A DNA stretch of 64,000 nt from an uncultured Chloroflexia bacterium (GTDB lineage: Bacteria > Chloroflexota > Limnocylindria > QHBO01): NCBI GenBank assembly GCA_963812115.1, contig CAWEUD010000013.1, forward strand, positions 141,590-205,589, in the 5' to 3' direction. The translations under genes and the position numbers were made by a program. The notes under the pieces were generated by a model. The model saw only the letters and a program-made list of their open reading frames with translations. It had not been told where the DNA came from and ran no database searches. This document shows positions 38,611 through 47,413 of the stretch, in pieces. The first letter of the stretch is position 1. Every line of letters begins with the position of its first letter.

Positions 38611-39861
38611 TCAGTCGAATCGCCTGAAGACGGTCACCGCGTTCTGGCCGCCGAAGCCGAAACCGTTGACGATGGCGATGTCGACCTGCTGGCGACGGGC
38701 CTCGTTCGGGACGTAGTCGAGGTCGCAGTCGGGATCGGGGTTCGTGTAGTTGATCGTCGGCGGGATGACGCCGTCACGAATGGCAAGGACCGCGGCCAGG
38801 GCGGACATCGCGCCGGCGGCGCCGAGCGTATGGCCGATCATGCTCTTGTTGCTGCTCACGGCCAGCTTTGCTGCGTGGTCGCCGAAGGCCCGGTGAATCG
38901 CCCTCGTCTCGGTGGCGTCGTTGAGAGGGGTTGAGGTGCCGTGTGCCACGACGTAGTCGACCTCCTCGGGCGCGACGCCGGCGTCCCGCAGGGCCCGCTG
39001 CATGGCGCGCGCCGCGCCGCCGCCGGTCGGTTCCGGCGCCGAGATATGGAAGGCGTCGCCGGTCAGGGCACCGCCGGCGATCTCGGCCAGAGCTGTCGCG
39101 CCGCGACGCTCGGCGTGCTCCGCCGACTCGACGACCATGACGCCGGCCGCCTCGCCGAAGACAAAGCCGTCGCGCTGCGCGTCGAAGGGGCGCGACGCCT
39201 TCGTCGGCTCGTCGTTGCGCTTCGAGAGGGCGCCCATGTTCGCCAGTGCGGCGAACGCCACCGGCATGATGGCGCTCTCGGTGCCGCCGGTCACGACCAC
39301 GTCGGCGTCGCCGTGCTCGATCATTCGCTGTGCCTCGATGAACGCCTGCACCCCCGACGCGCAGGCCGCCACGCTGGTCACCACCGGACCGCGGATCTGG
39401 TTCTGGATGCTGATCTGGCAGGCGGCCATCGACGGTGACAGCATCGGCACCATGAACGGGCTGACGCGTGAGCCGCCACGATCGCGGAAGGTCCGTTCGC
39501 CCTCGGCGACCTGGTCGAGGCCGCCGCCGCCGGTGTTGATCACGACGGCGATGTCGTCGCGGTTCGCATCGGTGATCTCGAGACCCGACGCATCGATCGC
39601 CTGCCGCGCCGCCGCGACCGCCAGCTGCGAGAAGCGCGCCATGCGCCGTGCGGCCTTGAAGTCCATCCAGTCGCGCGGGTCGAAGTCCTTCACCTCGGCA
39701 GCGATCTGGACCTCCTCGGCCGACGCGTCGTAGGAGGCGATGCGCGCTGCGCCGCTCACGCCGGCGACCAGGTTCTTCCAGTAGTCCTCGACGGTGTTGC
39801 CGATGGGCGTGATGGCGCCCATGCCGGTGATGACGGCGCGGCGGCCGGTATCGCGGTTCAT
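38611..39861 (-). CDS. fabF: 3-oxoacyl-[ACP] synthase II (KAS, KasB/FabF-like)
   Basis: RRAVITGMGAITPIGN start. Catalytic Cys (VAACASG) and both His motifs (HGTSTPLND, GHTLGAAG). Confidence 0.9.
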   Translation of the reverse strand: MNRDTGRRAVITGMGAITPIGNTVEDYWKNLVAGVSGAARIASYDASAEEVQIAAEVKDFDPRDWMDFKAARRMARFSQLAVAAARQAIDASGLEITDANRDDIAVVINTGGGGLDQVAEGERTFRDRGGSRVSPFMVPMLSPSMAACQISIQNQIRGPVVTSVAACASGVQAFIEAQRMIEHGDADVVVTGGTESAIMPVAFAALANMGALSKRNDEPTKASRPFDAQRDGFVFGEAAGVMVVESAEHAERRGATALAEIAGGALTGDAFHISAPEPTGGGAARAMQRALRDAGVAPEEVDYVVAHGTSTPLNDATETRAIHRAFGDHAAKLAVSSNKSMIGHTLGAAGAMSALAAVLAIRDGVIPPTINYTNPDPDCDLDYVPNEARRQQVDIAIVNGFGFGGQNAVTVFRRFD

Positions 39862-39871
39862 GCGGCGGCCA

Positions 39872-41155
39872 CTACTCCTCCCATCGGCGCACGACGACGG
39901 TGCTGTTGTGTCCGCCCAGCCCCATCGAGTTCGAGAGGGCGACCCGGGCATCGGTCTGGCGCGCCTGGTTGGGGACGTAGTCCAGCGTGAGCTCGGGATC
40001 GGGATGGCGGTAGTTGATGGTGGGAGGCAGGCAGCCGGTCTGGACCGCCTTGACGCAGGCAAAGCCCTCGAACGCGCCGGCGGCACCCATCATGTGGCCG
40101 GTCATGCTCTTCGTGGAGCTGATCGCGAGGCTGCGAGCGTGGTCGCCGAAGACGTCGGTGATGGCCATCGTCTCGTAGCGGTCGTTGAGCGGCGTGCTGG
40201 TCCCGTGCGCATTGATGTAGTCGACTGCTTCCGGGCCGATGCCGGCGCGCGCCAGGGCGGCGCGCATCGCCCGCTGGTTCCCCTCGCCGCGCTCCGCCGG
40301 TGCCGCCATGTGGAACGCGTCCGACGATGACCCGTAGCCGATCACCTCCGCGATCGGACGTGCGCCGCGGGCGCGAGCGTGCTCCGCCTCTTCCAGCACG
40401 AGCACGGCGCAGCCCTCGGCCACCACGAACCCGTTGCGCGTCGCATCGAAGGGACGGCTGGCGATGGCCGGGTCGTACTCGCCGCTGTCGGGATCGATGG
40501 GCGAACCGAGCGCCTTCATCTGGCTGAAGCCGGCGATGCCGAGCGGCACCACGACCGCCTCCGTTCCCGCGCCGAGCATCAGGTCCGCCTGACCGCGCAC
40601 GATCGCCTCCATCGCCTCGCCGATGGCGTGGCCGCCGGTGGCGCAGGCGCTGACGACCGCCATGTTGTGCCCGCGCAGACCGTACTGGATGGCGACCATG
40701 CCCGAGGCGGCGTCAGGGATCATGTGCGGCAGCAGGAACGGCGAGATGCGGTCAGGACCTCGCTCCAGCAGCGTCTTGACCCCATCGCTGATCATGCCGA
40801 TGCCGCCGATGCCGGTGCCGACCACCATGCCGAAGCGGTCCGGTTCGGCCTGTGCTCGGTCCAGCTGCCCGTCCTCGCCGAGCAGCCCGGCGTGCCGCAG
40901 CGCCTCGCCCGTGGCGGCCACCGCGAAGTGGGTGTTGCGGTCGTGGCGACGGGCATCCTTGCCGTCCATGTAGTCGGTGGCGTCGAACCCCTTCACCTCG
41001 CCGGCGACGTGGATGTCGTAGGCAGTGGCGTCGAAGAGGGTGATGTCGGTGATCCCGGATCGACCGGCGACCAGCGCCTCCCAGGCGGCATCGGCCCCGA
41101 TGCCCACCGGTGAGACGACGCCGAGGCCGGTGACGACGGCGCGGCGCTCCGTCAC
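39872..41155 (-). CDS. 3-oxoacyl-[ACP] synthase II (KAS, KasA/FabF-like)
   Basis: RRAVVTGLGVVSPVG start. Catalytic Cys (VSACATG), plus HGTSTPLND and GHMMGAAG. The GTG at 41155 overlaps the fabD stop (GTGA). Confidence 0.9.
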   Translation of the reverse strand: MTERRAVVTGLGVVSPVGIGADAAWEALVAGRSGITDITLFDATAYDIHVAGEVKGFDATDYMDGKDARRHDRNTHFAVAATGEALRHAGLLGEDGQLDRAQAEPDRFGMVVGTGIGGIGMISDGVKTLLERGPDRISPFLLPHMIPDAASGMVAIQYGLRGHNMAVVSACATGGHAIGEAMEAIVRGQADLMLGAGTEAVVVPLGIAGFSQMKALGSPIDPDSGEYDPAIASRPFDATRNGFVVAEGCAVLVLEEAEHARARGARPIAEVIGYGSSSDAFHMAAPAERGEGNQRAMRAALARAGIGPEAVDYINAHGTSTPLNDRYETMAITDVFGDHARSLAISSTKSMTGHMMGAAGAFEGFACVKAVQTGCLPPTINYRHPDPELTLDYVPNQARQTDARVALSNSMGLGGHNSTVVVRRWEE

Positions 41156-42132
41156 GATGGCAGCCAGGTCCGCTCGTTGCCGGGGTTGTCCACGGCGTGG
41201 ACCTCCACGCCGGGGATGATGCGTCGGATGAGTCCGGAGAGGACCCGACCGGGTCCGATCTCGACGAAGTCGGTGACGCCCTCGCCGGCCATGTGGCGGA
41301 CGGTGCTCGTCCACTGCACCCCGTGCACCAGGTGCTCGGTCAGCTCGCCGCGCAGCGCGTCGGCGGTCTGGATGACGGAGGCATGCACGTTTCCGAGCAT
41401 GGGGATCTTGGGGTCCTTGAACGGCACCAGCGCGAGGACGCGGCTGAACTCGTCGCGGGCGCGTCGCATCAGCGGTGAGTGCGAGGCGACGCTCACGGTG
41501 AGCTGGACCGCGCGGCGAGCCCCGACCGTTCTGCTCATCTCGAGCGCGAAGACCAGGGCCGGGACGACGCCCGAGAGGACGATCTGCCCTGGCGCGTTCT
41601 GGTTCGCCACGCTGATCTCACCGTGGGCGCGAGCCTGGTCGACGATGTCGTCGACCTGCTCGTCGGTGAGGCCCACGACGGCGCCCATCCCGCCATCGAT
41701 GCCGTGCTCCTGCATGACCCGGCCACGTTCATGGACCAGCTGCATGGCCGTCTCGAAGTCGATCGCGTCGGCCGCCACCGCCGCCGCGTACTGGCCGGCC
41801 GAGTGGCCGGCGACGACCGCCGGACGGAGCTCCACGCCGGCGCGCCGCGCGTCCGCCTTCAGCGCTTCGAGGTAGGCCACGCTGGTGGCGAGGATGGCCG
41901 GCTGCGCGTTGATGGTGAGATCCAGCTCATCGGCCGGTCCCTCGGCGATCAGGCGGCTCAGCGGATAGCCCAGCGCAGCGTCGGCGCGCTCCATGATGGC
42001 CGCGGCCTCCGGTGAACGCTCGAGCAGCGCGGCACCCATGCCGACGTACTGCGACCCCTGGCCGGGGAAGACGAAGGCGTGGACACGCGGCTGGCCTGGG
42101 TCCCGCTCGATGGTCTGGGTCTGGTCGCTCAT
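41152..42132 (-). CDS. fabD: malonyl CoA-ACP transacylase
   Basis: FVFPGQGSQYVGMG and GHSAGQY motifs. ATG at 42132; the longer ORF to 42432 is an Arg/Ser-rich shadow extension. Confidence 0.9.
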   Translation of the reverse strand: MSDQTQTIERDPGQPRVHAFVFPGQGSQYVGMGAALLERSPEAAAIMERADAALGYPLSRLIAEGPADELDLTINAQPAILATSVAYLEALKADARRAGVELRPAVVAGHSAGQYAAAVAADAIDFETAMQLVHERGRVMQEHGIDGGMGAVVGLTDEQVDDIVDQARAHGEISVANQNAPGQIVLSGVVPALVFALEMSRTVGARRAVQLTVSVASHSPLMRRARDEFSRVLALVPFKDPKIPMLGNVHASVIQTADALRGELTEHLVHGVQWTSTVRHMAGEGVTDFVEIGPGRVLSGLIRRIIPGVEVHAVDNPGNERTWLPS

Positions 42133-42244
42133 GCTGATCTCGTGCTGAAAAGCGCTCCCGAGTATAGCCGGAGGAGCCTCTCGACCCCAACGTGGCCCCG
42201 CTTGCCGCCGTTGGCCAGGTGCGGGCGCCCCCCGAGCGGCTCGC

Positions 42245-43636
42245 TCAGTCCCGCTCGACCTCGCAGAAGCGGCTGACGACTTCGTGCAGGACCGGCAGGC
42301 CGAATCGGAGGCCGCTGACCGGGATGCGTTCGTCGTTGCCGTGGAAGAGCGAGAGGAACGGGGACTCCGGACCGAGCCGCAGCGGGGCGAAACCGTAGCT
42401 GGGGATCCCCAGCAGTGCCAGGGCCTTCGCATCGGTGCCGGGCGTGATCATCATCGGGAGGGGGATTCCCTCCGGATCGGCGGTTCGGATGGCGTCGAGC
42501 ATCAGGTCCACCAGCGGCGTCTCGACCGGGCATTCGACCGCCGGCATGACGTGGAGTGCTTCCACCGTCACCTCGGGCCCCGCAACTTCCTGGAGGTGCG
42601 CCAACATCGCCTGCTGGTCGGTGCCGGGCAGGGTCCGCACGTCGATCTCGGCGACGCCGCTGCCGGGGACCACGTTCACCTTGTTGCCCGCGCGGATGAC
42701 GTTCGGCGTGACGGTATCGCGGAGCATGGCGTCGAGCGATCTGCGCAGCACGGGTTCATCGACGAGGTCGGCCAGTAGCGTGCGTGTCGCGGCCTCGTCA
42801 CCGCGCGCAGCCCGCTCCGCCACGTCCGCCAGTCCCAGCCCCTCGAAGAAGCTTCGCACCACCGGGATGACGCGCGCCGGGCGGGGATCGGCGGCCAGGC
42901 GGGAAACGGCATCGGCCAGGCGCACGGCGGCGTTGTCGGCGGCCGGCATGGAGCCGTGCGATGGCGTGCCCGACGAACGGACGCGCGTCCAGACGATGCC
43001 CTTCTCGGCGACCTGGATGGCGTAGGCCCGCCGCCCGCCCAACGTCATCGAGTAGCCGCCGACCTCGTTCAGTGCCGCCGCCGCCGGTCGCCCGGCGGCA
43101 TCGGCAAACAGGTCCGGGCGCTCGCGGACCCAGTGCAGCGCGCCGAAGGTGCCGCCCGCCTCCTCATCGGCCATGGAGGCGAAGATGACGTCGCGCCGCA
43201 GCTTGGCTCCCGATCGATGGAGCGCCAGCATCACCGACAGCTCCATGGCCAGCATGTCCTTCATGTCGACCGCGCCACGACCCCAGACCTCACCGTCCAC
43301 CAGCTCGCCCCCGAACGGATCCCTGGTCCAGGCGTCGGCGTCGACCGGTACGACGTCGGTGTGGGAGAGGAGGATCAACGGAGGTTCCGGCTCCGACGTG
43401 CTGGCGCGGAGACGCGCGAAGACCGAGCCGCGCCCGGGCGCCGATTCGAGGACCTCCGCCTCGATGCCTGCCGAGGTCAGCACCTCGGCACAGTAGGCCG
43501 CCACCTTCGTCTCGCCGCCGGTCGAGTCGCGTCCCGCCGCCGACGCCGGATCGCCCGGGGGGTTGACGCTGGGAAGCCGGATCAGCTGCTGAAGGTGCTG
43601 CACGCACTCGTCGGTCGCGCGATCCCAGTCCGTCAC
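42245..43636 (-). CDS. M20 family metallopeptidase (dipeptidase/desuccinylase-like)
   Basis: LLSHTDVVP, WGRGAVDMKD and ADEEAGG metal-ligand blocks. GTG start at 43636 is suggested. Confidence 0.8.
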   Translation of the reverse strand: MTDWDRATDECVQHLQQLIRLPSVNPPGDPASAAGRDSTGGETKVAAYCAEVLTSAGIEAEVLESAPGRGSVFARLRASTSEPEPPLILLSHTDVVPVDADAWTRDPFGGELVDGEVWGRGAVDMKDMLAMELSVMLALHRSGAKLRRDVIFASMADEEAGGTFGALHWVRERPDLFADAAGRPAAAALNEVGGYSMTLGGRRAYAIQVAEKGIVWTRVRSSGTPSHGSMPAADNAAVRLADAVSRLAADPRPARVIPVVRSFFEGLGLADVAERAARGDEAATRTLLADLVDEPVLRRSLDAMLRDTVTPNVIRAGNKVNVVPGSGVAEIDVRTLPGTDQQAMLAHLQEVAGPEVTVEALHVMPAVECPVETPLVDLMLDAIRTADPEGIPLPMMITPGTDAKALALLGIPSYGFAPLRLGPESPFLSLFHGNDERIPVSGLRFGLPVLHEVVSRFCEVERD

Positions 43637-43673
43637 GCGGCTACGGTAGCGCGCGGCGTGAATCGCGGGGCGG

Positions 43674-44612
43674 TCAGTCGGCGGCGGCCAGCGCGCCCTG
43701 GGGCGTGTGGGGTGCGCCGGCCCCCGCATCGCTGAGGCGCGATCGGACCAGCGCCGCGAGGGGCAGCTCCGCCGCGAGCAGCGCGAGCGACACCACCAGC
43801 AGCACGGGGTACGCCGTCGCCAGGCCCATGACCAGCAGGCCGCCCAGAAAGAAGAGGTGGATCGAAACCCGAGTCAGCAGTGCCAGGCGCAGGTCGAGGA
43901 TGGCGGTCAGCTGTCCGTTCGGCAGGCCGCGATCGGGTCCGAAGACCGCCCACGCCGAGATCGCGCAGAAGACCACCAGCGTGGCGGCAAAGATGCCCAG
44001 GCCCCCGCCCGGCGCGTCATCGGTGAGGGGCTTGAGCCAGATGAAGGGCAGCAACCCGGCCAGGAGCACCGTGTACGCAGCGACAGGCGTCAGAAGCTGC
44101 CACCACTCGCGGACCGGGCGCCCGCGCGACACGTCGCGGATCCATCGGGTGACCAGGCTGAACCCGAGGGTCACCAGCAGCCACGCGTAGAAGTTGCCGG
44201 CTGGGACGCCGAACCAGCCCTGCTCGGCCCCGATGTCGCGCCACGTCCACAGGCCCATGCGGATGGCGATGGCATCGAAGGCCAGGTCCAGGCTGATGGC
44301 CAGCACGGCGTCCACGAACGGCGCGTACCGGCGCCGCACGCCCAGCGCATCGGTCAGTCGCATGGCGCCCGCGATGATCAATGCCCACGTGAGACCGATG
44401 ACGACCGGCGCCCGGTCGATGGTCAGCACCCAGTCGGCGCTGTAGTGGTACGTCTCGAAGATGAGCTGGTCGCCCTCCTCCAGGAGGATGCCGAAGACCG
44501 CTGCGCTGACGAGCTCCAGGAATGGCAGGCGGCCGCGGCGCAGGGCGGCCAGCGCGGCGCCGATGAAGAAGAGGGATGCCCCGATTTCGAGGCCGAGGTA
44601 GGTCAGGTTCAC
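43674..44612 (-). CDS. integral membrane protein, possibly DUF422/carotenoid-biosynthesis-like
   Basis: Eight hydrophobic segments. The block W.W......GWFGVP..NF..W resembles the DUF422 family as I recall it; this is unverified. GTG start at 44612 is suggested. Confidence 0.4.
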   Translation of the reverse strand: MNLTYLGLEIGASLFFIGAALAALRRGRLPFLELVSAAVFGILLEEGDQLIFETYHYSADWVLTIDRAPVVIGLTWALIIAGAMRLTDALGVRRRYAPFVDAVLAISLDLAFDAIAIRMGLWTWRDIGAEQGWFGVPAGNFYAWLLVTLGFSLVTRWIRDVSRGRPVREWWQLLTPVAAYTVLLAGLLPFIWLKPLTDDAPGGGLGIFAATLVVFCAISAWAVFGPDRGLPNGQLTAILDLRLALLTRVSIHLFFLGGLLVMGLATAYPVLLVVSLALLAAELPLAALVRSRLSDAGAGAPHTPQGALAAAD

Positions 44613-44693
44613 GACGCCCGATGATACGGGTGCGGGCCGGCGGACGGATCTGCCGCCCACCGGCGCGATTGGTTTGGTGCCTCCTGCCGGCGC

Positions 44694-45071
44694 CTACTGC
44701 TGCGCCGGGCTGTCGTTGTCGCGGAAGTCGTAGAAGATCTCCGGTGCCTCGGTGGACGGGATGCCATTGGCCTGCACCGCCCATCCAAAGGTGAAGCCAG
44801 CCGGAAGCGCTCGCCCGCAGACGATCCCGTCCTCGTTGCCGGCAACGCCGTCGAACGGGGCGCCGTCCGGCTCCGGAGTGAGGTTCGCGTCGTCGATCTC
44901 GGCGGGGAGCCGGTAGCGCGCGTCGAGCGCCTCCCACTCCGCCACCTCCAGGGCGTCGTAGGCCGCCGGGCAGCCGGTCGTGGTTGGCGTGTCGGCGGTG
45001 GCCGTGGCCGCAGTGGCGAGTCCGGCGGTGGCCAGGGCCGCCAGTGCAAGGCCGATGGTCAGGTTTCGCAT
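44694..45071 (-). CDS. small secreted protein, unknown function
   Basis: Signal peptide MRNLTIGLALAALATAGLATAATATA, followed by two Cys residues. Confidence 0.55.
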   Translation of the reverse strand: MRNLTIGLALAALATAGLATAATATADTPTTTGCPAAYDALEVAEWEALDARYRLPAEIDDANLTPEPDGAPFDGVAGNEDGIVCGRALPAGFTFGWAVQANGIPSTEAPEIFYDFRDNDSPAQQ

Positions 45072-45102
45072 CTCGTCCTCCTTCGTTGCTGGTGCGGGCC
45101 GC

Positions 45103-45462
45103 CTACCACTCGAGCGTGGCGGCGCCAGCGGCGAGCTGCTCGACGATGAAGGCCGCGTTCACGATGCGAGCGCCGTCGATCAGGTCGCCCTCGCCGATGC
45201 CCCGCGGCTTGGTGCACGCACCACAGGCCCAGATCTCGCCGCCGTTGGCGACGAACTGGCCGATGAGCTCGCCGAGGGGTGGCAGCCCGTCGCTGGCGAC
45301 GCCGTCCGCGTAGCCCTTGGTGGCCAGCCGGACGCCCTCGATGGTCAGCAGCACCGCGGCGGATTGCGCTGCCGTAGCCGCGATGTTGGCGACCACGAAC
45401 GGCATGGTCGCCCGTTCGGCGTCGTCCTGCCCCGTGGTCGCGTGCGTGATGATTCGTGCCAT
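45103..45462 (-). CDS. DsrE/DsrF-like sulfur-relay family protein
   Basis: 119 aa with a DsrE-like pattern (…PFVVANIAA…LTIEGV…GGEIWACGAC…). Confidence 0.7.
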   Translation of the reverse strand: MARIITHATTGQDDAERATMPFVVANIAATAAQSAAVLLTIEGVRLATKGYADGVASDGLPPLGELIGQFVANGGEIWACGACTKPRGIGEGDLIDGARIVNAAFIVEQLAAGAATLEW

Positions 45463-45483
45463 GCGTCTCCTCTTTCGTTGTAC

Positions 45484-45744
45484 TCAGCAGCGCATGAGGA
45501 CGAATCGGAACCGACCGCCCCCCTCGTCCTGCGTTTCGACCAGGTCGTTGCCCGTGAGCCGAGCCCACGAGCTCAGCGCGTCGGGAGCCGATGCGTCGTC
45601 CGAGACGACTTCGAGACGGTCGCCGGGTGCCAGCTCGCGCATCCGCGCGGCCACGATCGGCGTGAACGTCGCGCAGGACTCGCCCACGCCATCCACGACG
45701 GGGAGCGGCTGCTGGTCCGGTTGGTCGGGGCTGGATTCGTTCAT
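45484..45744 (-). CDS. TusA/SirA-like sulfurtransferase-fold protein
   Basis: 86 aa from ATG 45744. The layout is two-layer alpha/beta (…ESCATFTPIVAARMREL.PGDRLEVVSDD.SA..D…). It sits adjacent to the DsrE-like gene. The canonical CPxP is altered to CATF. Confidence 0.55.
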   Translation of the reverse strand: MNESSPDQPDQQPLPVVDGVGESCATFTPIVAARMRELAPGDRLEVVSDDASAPDALSSWARLTGNDLVETQDEGGGRFRFVLMRC

Positions 45745-45999
45745 CCGCGCGCTCCTGGCTGGGCGGCGGGGCCGCCGGACGGCGAACCGACCGGCATGCC
45801 CCACCACGGGTTCGCAGGGAGTCGCCACGGTCGGCGGGAGCCCTGGTGGCCGAATCTCGGCCCACCGAAAGGCTAGGGAGCGGTGACCGGGGGCCGCATC
45901 GGGGCGGCTACCCAGATCGGATCTCAAGGAGCGTCGGTCGATGGCGGCTGCCACCCATCGCGAGGCCGGAGCTCCGGTCGCCGTCAGAACGATTGGGCG

Positions 46000-47100
46000 C
46001 TAGCCGTCGGCCCTCAGGATTGAGGCAACGGCCGCCGTCCGCGCTGCGCGCCCGGAGACGCCCAGCTTCACGTACGCGTTCGAAAGGTGGCGTTCGACCG
46101 TGCGAACGCTCAGGTGCAGGCTCGCGGCAATCTCGATGTTGCTCGAGCCGGCGGACGCCATCTCGATCACCTCTCGCTCACGGCGGCTGAGCGCCCTCAC
46201 CGCGTCGGAGCGGGGGAGCGCGGCGCCCAACCGATCGGGCTCAAGGAAGGTGGCGACCTCGGACATGAAGGCCTGCCAGGCCGGTTCATCGGCGAGCAGG
46301 ATGTGGTTGCTCGACTGCAGCGGCACGAGCCGGGCGCCCGGCACCAGGCTGGCGAGCTCGTGCGCCTCCTCGAAGGGGACGTTCCGATCGTCGACGGCGT
46401 TGAGGACGAGCACCGGCCGTGCGAGCGCTCCCAGCCGATCCCGCAGGTCGATTCGCTGACGCTCGATCCGCGAGCGCAGCATGTTCCCGGTCGAGGTCGA
46501 GGTCCGCTGCAGCTCGTCGAACCACGACAGCTGGGCCTCGGTCGCCTCCGGGATGAACATCGTGGTGAAGACACGGCGGAAGATCGGGTCGCGCTTCGCC
46601 CAGCCAGCCTCGATCATGGCGCGGAAGGCGACCTCTTCCGGCGGTGGATCTGGGAAGTAGTGGGGAGCGCCGACCCCGGAACCCCCGTAGACCACGATCC
46701 GGGTCACCCGATCCGGGTGGCGCAGCGCATATTCGAGAGCAACCGGGGAGCCCCCCGACATCCCGAGCAGCGCGAACCGGTCGAAGCCCAGGTCCTCCAC
46801 GACCGCCTCGAGGTCGGCGACACGCGCGTCAAGCGAGAAGTCTTCCGCGTTCCAGTCGGAGAGGCCGAAGCCACGTTCGTCGTATCGGATCAACGTGCTG
46901 ATCGCACCCAGGTCCTCGAGGAAGTGCCGCCATACCGGGCTCTCCCAATCGTGTTGCAGGTGGCTCAGCCAGCACGAGACGACCAGCAACGGAGGTCCCT
47001 CACCGTGCACGGCGTAGGCGATCCGAGCGCCGTCCTTCCCCCGGCAGAATCGGATGCGCTGGGTCTGTTCTGCGGCCGATCGCCTGCCTGCCCGCACCAC
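46000..47100 (-). CDS. alpha/beta-hydrolase-fold domain fused to a LuxR-type HTH (transcriptional regulator)
   Basis: Hydrolase block (…LLGMSGGSPVAL…) and a C-terminal LSRREREVIEMASAGSSNIEIAASLHLSVRTVERHLSNAYVKLGV. The GTG start near 47097-47100 is inferred; the ORF-track start at 47415 would run through the repeat region. Confidence 0.7.
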   Translation of the reverse strand: MVRAGRRSAAEQTQRIRFCRGKDGARIAYAVHGEGPPLLVVSCWLSHLQHDWESPVWRHFLEDLGAISTLIRYDERGFGLSDWNAEDFSLDARVADLEAVVEDLGFDRFALLGMSGGSPVALEYALRHPDRVTRIVVYGGSGVGAPHYFPDPPPEEVAFRAMIEAGWAKRDPIFRRVFTTMFIPEATEAQLSWFDELQRTSTSTGNMLRSRIERQRIDLRDRLGALARPVLVLNAVDDRNVPFEEAHELASLVPGARLVPLQSSNHILLADEPAWQAFMSEVATFLEPDRLGAALPRSDAVRALSRREREVIEMASAGSSNIEIAASLHLSVRTVERHLSNAYVKLGVSGRAARTAAVASILRADG

Positions 47101-47154
47101 GCTCCAATGGTACGAGGGGTGTCGAGTTGTGCCGCGTCCGCCGCACGGCGGAAC

Positions 47155-47347
47155 CTGTTGCACTGGCTGCAACGATCCGCTCCGAATGGGCGTCGGGCCA
47201 GCTCGTCGGGAGTGGTTTGTGCGCTGGGTGCAATGCCAGGCGCGGGAGGCGCCCTTCCTGCGCGCTCTGTTGCCGCGGACGCAACGATCCACGCCGGATG
47301 GCATGCCAGGGCGATGCTCCGGAGTGGCCTGTGCGCTGGCTGCAACG
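47155..47347. repeat. four copies of a ~20-nt element CTGTTGCNCTGGCTGCAACG arranged as a 112-bp tandem duplication
   Basis: Copies lie at 47155-47174, 47217-47235, 47267-47286 and 47329-47347. Copies 1 and 3 contain the palindromes GTTGCA-N5-TGCAAC and GTTGC-N7-GCAAC. A weaker fifth copy lies at 47127-47146. Confidence 0.7.
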
Positions 47348-47400
47348 CCGCGCGCGGGGAGGCATTGGAGTCGCGTGCCGCTGCGCGCGAGGGGCGAGCG

Positions 47401-47406
47401 TAGAAT
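47401..47406 (+). promoter_or_regulatory. candidate -10 box TAGAAT 7 nt upstream of ATG 47414 (leaderless-type)
   Basis: GCGTAGAATCGAGATCATG, with no SD sequence between the box and the ATG. Confidence 0.35.
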
Positions 47407-47413
47407 CGAGATC

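Noticed and set aside
47155-47175. Sigma-54 type promoter (TGGC…TGCA) within the repeat element.
   Set aside because: The GG and GC dinucleotides are not at the required GG-N10-GC spacing, and the lineage features suggest an organism without RpoN.
47155-47380. Tandem riboswitch idea (for example a tandem glycine riboswitch) for the duplicated 112-nt units.
   Set aside because: I could not find the conserved glycine-riboswitch cores. The units also lie upstream of the likely -10 box of the downstream gene, so they would not be in its 5' UTR. They are kept as a DNA-operator/unknown-RNA candidate instead.
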